In this document: positions 15,881 to 16,925 of the stretch, in pieces
Layout: every line of letters starts with the position of its first letter
Numbering within the stretch: the stretch's first letter is position 1
Source: a virus
Taxonomy: Duplodnaviria; Heunggongvirae; Uroviricota; Caudoviricetes
DNA: 16,925 nucleotides
IMG/VR virus record: IMGVR_UViG_2728369187_000001
Direction: 5' to 3' (one strand)
Translations under genes and position numbers: made by a program
The notes under the pieces: model-generated
The model's input: the letters and a program-made list of their open reading frames with translations, nothing else
Databases searched by the model: none
What the model was told of the DNA's origin: nothing

Positions 15881-16925
15881 TTACGCCGCTGCAATCTTCA
15901 GCAGTTTGATGGCCTGCGAATCGACCAGCATGCCGCCGGTGCGCTTGGTGGTATAAAAACCGACAAACGGTTTATTGGTGTACGGGTCACGCAGAATGCG
16001 GGTACCGATACGGTCAACGATGGTGTAACCTCGTTTGAAGTTACCAAATGCAATGGCTTTCGCATCAGCGGCAATATCCGGCATCTGTTCGTTTTCAGCG
16101 ATAGCGTAACCCGCCAGAGAGGACGGCTGCCCCAGCTCCAGCCCCGGACGCCACAGATAGTTACCCTCGCTGTCTTTCAGCAGACGGATGGCAAACAGAC
16201 TGTTGTTGTTCATCATGAACTTCGCGCCAGTGCGGTGTGCCTTACGCAGCGTGTAAATCAGTTTGATAATGGCATCTGCGGTCACCGCCGTCGCTTCGCC
16301 GGATACAATATGCTGAAGTTTGCCGAACGCCCGGACCTTGTCTGTTTCATCCGTGGACTCATACGCCAGGAACCCTTTCGGCTTCTTGGTACCATCGCCG
16401 GTGGTAAAGGCAATTTCTTCCTGTTCGGCAAATTCGGTTGCCAGCTCGCTGTTGATCCATGCTTCCACGTTGAAAAAGGCATCATCCAGCATTTTCTGGG
16501 TGGCCTGCGGGTTACCGTAGATTTCCCCCATGAAAGGTTCAATCAGGCCCAGTTTTGAGGTGGCAGTCTGGGAGCGCGCTTCAGTCTCGCCAACCCATCC
16601 GGAAGCCGTGCCGCCCAGATTCACCAGTTTTTTGTAGTCGGAACCACCAACGCTGATCACCGTGGCTTCCTGGCGCATCACCACTTCATCTTTCAGCAGG
16701 GTGAGAATGTTGCGATCCAGTGCTTCCGGCACGGCATAGCCGCCGTCTTCATCGGTGCCCACCTGTAATGCCTTGCGCTCCAGATCGCGCAGACCATCTT
16801 CACGGCCTTTACGCAGGAAGCCCACAAACGCTTCTTTATGCTCGGTGGCCAGTTTATTTTGCGCACCACCTGCCGGACGTTTCAGCTCAAGCAGCTCTTT
16901 TTCAAGATCGCTTTTGAGGTTTTCC
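15881..16925 (-). CDS. Major capsid protein, HK97 fold (5' end beyond window)
   Basis: Track ORF 15881..16825 (314 aa, ...GGTASGWVGETEARSQTATSKLGLIEPFMGEIYGNPQATQKMLDDAFFNVEAWINSELATEFAEQEEIAFTTGDGTKKPKGFL...). The track start is a GTG; hand translation shows the frame stays open upstream to the window edge (..KNLKSDLEKELLELKRPAGGAQNKLATEHKEAFVGFLRKG..), consistent with a delta-domain-like N-terminus continuing past 16925. Confidence 0.9.
   Translation of the reverse strand, partial: ENLKSDLEKELLELKRPAGGAQNKLATEHKEAFVGFLRKGREDGLRDLERKALQVGTDEDGGYAVPEALDRNILTLLKDEVVMRQEATVISVGGSDYKKLVNLGGTASGWVGETEARSQTATSKLGLIEPFMGEIYGNPQATQKMLDDAFFNVEAWINSELATEFAEQEEIAFTTGDGTKKPKGFLAYESTDETDKVRAFGKLQHIVSGEATAVTADAIIKLIYTLRKAHRTGAKFMMNNNSLFAIRLLKDSEGNYLWRPGLELGQPSSLAGYAIAENEQMPDIAADAKAIAFGNFKRGYTIVDRIGTRILRDPYTNKPFVGFYTTKRTGGMLVDSQAIKLLKIAAA

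Noticed and set aside
1-16925. Chi sites (GCTGGTGG), tRNA genes, attachment sites or IS elements
   Set aside because: A manual scan found no exact Chi octamer on either strand, no tRNA-like cloverleaf-sized intergenic region, and no transposase or integrase ORF. This scan was by eye and is not exhaustive.

Overview
This window is almost entirely the late (morphogenetic) operon of a lambdoid siphovirus prophage from an enterobacterium, with every gene on the minus strand. Read 5'->3' on the minus strand (high to low coordinates) it runs: HK97-fold major capsid gene (truncated at the window end), a GC-rich hairpin, a small ORF, gp6-like connector, head closure protein, HK97 gp10-like protein, tail terminator, major tail protein with Ig-like C-terminus, G/G-T tail assembly chaperone pair with an A_AAA_AAG -1 frameshift site, a 1077-aa tape measure protein, then tail tip genes M-L-K-I-J. 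By my recollection of the phage lambda proteins (no database search was possible), L, K, I and the first ~1000 aa of J are near-identical to lambda, while the J C-terminus, the tape measure and the head genes are not. Downstream of J lie a terminator, a side tail fibre (Stf-like) gene with an Ala/Ser/Thr/Lys repeat shaft and a lectin-like C-terminus, a translationally coupled 93-aa acidic ORF, and a further ORF that runs off the window start. Five N-runs interrupt stf (twice), J (twice) and K; frames across them are unreliable and two are flanked by near-identical duplicated sequence. I found no RNA genes, CRISPR array, transposase, integrase or recognisable defence system; the least-characterised content is the distal tail-fibre module at 1..2258.
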